A DNA stretch of 63,997 nucleotides, counting the filler, from Vicugna vicugna (lineage: Eukaryota): NCBI GenBank assembly GCA_013265495.1. It is 79 parts of 74 records of this genome, joined end to end, with 100 filler letters (N's around TTAATTAATTAA, not from the genome) between each part and the next. Parts side by side here need not be neighbours in the genome. Positions count along the whole stretch, not along the records: positions 62,981 to 63,461 come from PNXW01017448.1; positions 63,562 to 63,725 come from MU061097.1; positions 63,826 to 63,997 come from MU061122.1; 76 more parts are not named here. One strand, written 5' to 3'. The notes under the pieces are model-generated. The model made no database searches. It worked only from the letters and a program-made list of their open reading frames with translations, and had not been told where the DNA came from. Shown piece by piece: positions 63,137 through 63,997 of this stretch. The translations under genes were made by a program, and so were the position numbers. Numbering within the stretch: position 1 is the stretch's first letter; the number at the start of each line of letters is the position of its first letter.

Positions 63137-63404
63137 AGAAATGGACTCATGGACATAGAAACCTGTGGTTAGCAGGCAGGAAAGGGAGGATTAACAGATA
63201 CACAGTAATAAATATAAAATAAATGACAAGGACCTACTATATAGCACAGCGAACTAGCACAGCGAACTGTATTCAATTTCTTGTAATTAGTTGTACTAAA
63301 AACAATCTAAAACATATATATATATACATATGCATATGTTTATAACTGAATCTATGCTGTACACCTGAAACTAACATTGTAAATTGACTACATTTCAAAA
63401 AAAA
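63137..63404 (+). mobile_element. LINE-1 3'UTR and A-tail
   Basis: acaaggacctactatatagcacag..ataactgaatctatgctgtacacctgaaactaac. Confidence 0.9.
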
Positions 63405-63561
63405 TTAATTTAAAAGAATAAGTAAAAATAAAATCAATGCCATTAAGACAAAATAAAAGAANNNNNNNNNNNNNNNNNNNNNNNNNNNNNNNNNNNNNNN
63501 NNNNNTTAATTAATTAANNNNNNNNNNNNNNNNNNNNNNNNNNNNNNNNNNNNNNNNNNNN

Positions 63562-63725
63562 ACTTCTTCGCGTGTGTGCTGGATGTAGGGAAACCGTCAA
63601 AGCATCATTTAGGGGGCACATTTTTTTCCATGGATGTGGGTTGTAGGTTAAAAACCCACATCCCATGGATAGGCTCTCGCTAATACTTGGTTTAGAGCCC
63701 AACCCCCACTTTCCCCCACTCTCCA
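63562..63725 (-). repeat. SatA fragment
   Basis: Reverse complement of the monomer type at 1-130 and 1370-1530. Confidence 0.9.
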
Positions 63726-63825
63726 NNNNNNNNNNNNNNNNNNNNNNNNNNNNNNNNNNNNNNNNNNNNTTAATTAATTAANNNNNNNNNNNNNNNNNNN
63801 NNNNNNNNNNNNNNNNNNNNNNNNN

Positions 63826-63997
63826 GCCATGTTGATGGAATTCATGTAAATTACATACCTATTAGGTGGAAATCACTCCAGAAATATTTTTTTGTGAAAA
63901 ATGCACGAATTCGAACCTGGTTTTAGGGAAAGCTTTTGAAAATCTGTACACTTGTCTAGATGAAACTAGTACTTTTATAGAGGAGGAAAGATTAGTA
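63826..63997 (-). repeat. SatD fragment
   Basis: gccatgttgatggaattcatgtaaattacat is the reverse complement of type a. Confidence 0.92.

Overview
This is not a contiguous locus. About 79 short unplaced contigs or mini-scaffolds (about 0.16-1.5 kb each) are joined by about 78 copies of an artificial 100-bp spacer (44 N + TTAATTAATTAA + 44 N), so adjacency across spacers has no biological meaning. The DNA is mammalian and most likely camelid, judged from a tRNA-Ala-type vic-1-like SINE and laurasiatherian-type L1 and LTR elements. About 35 fragments are satellite DNA from five families (my labels): SatA (diverged, about 264 bp), SatB (homogeneous, CpG-rich, 267 bp, clearly homologous to SatA), SatC (about 249 bp), SatD (AT-rich, about 246 bp, with an apparent 3-monomer higher-order repeat) and SatE (degenerate AGAATAT heptamer). 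The remaining fragments are L1, L2, MIR, ERV and LTR remnants and unidentified unique DNA. No intact host gene, RNA gene or CRISPR array is supported, and almost all tracked ORFs are N-gap or satellite artefacts. The most unexpected signal is five fragments, in three diverged lineages, that resemble the same C-terminal region of ERV-L gag; two of the lineages occur twice. This suggests an amplified ERV-L-gag-derived repeat. All family assignments come from recalled consensus sequences, not database searches.
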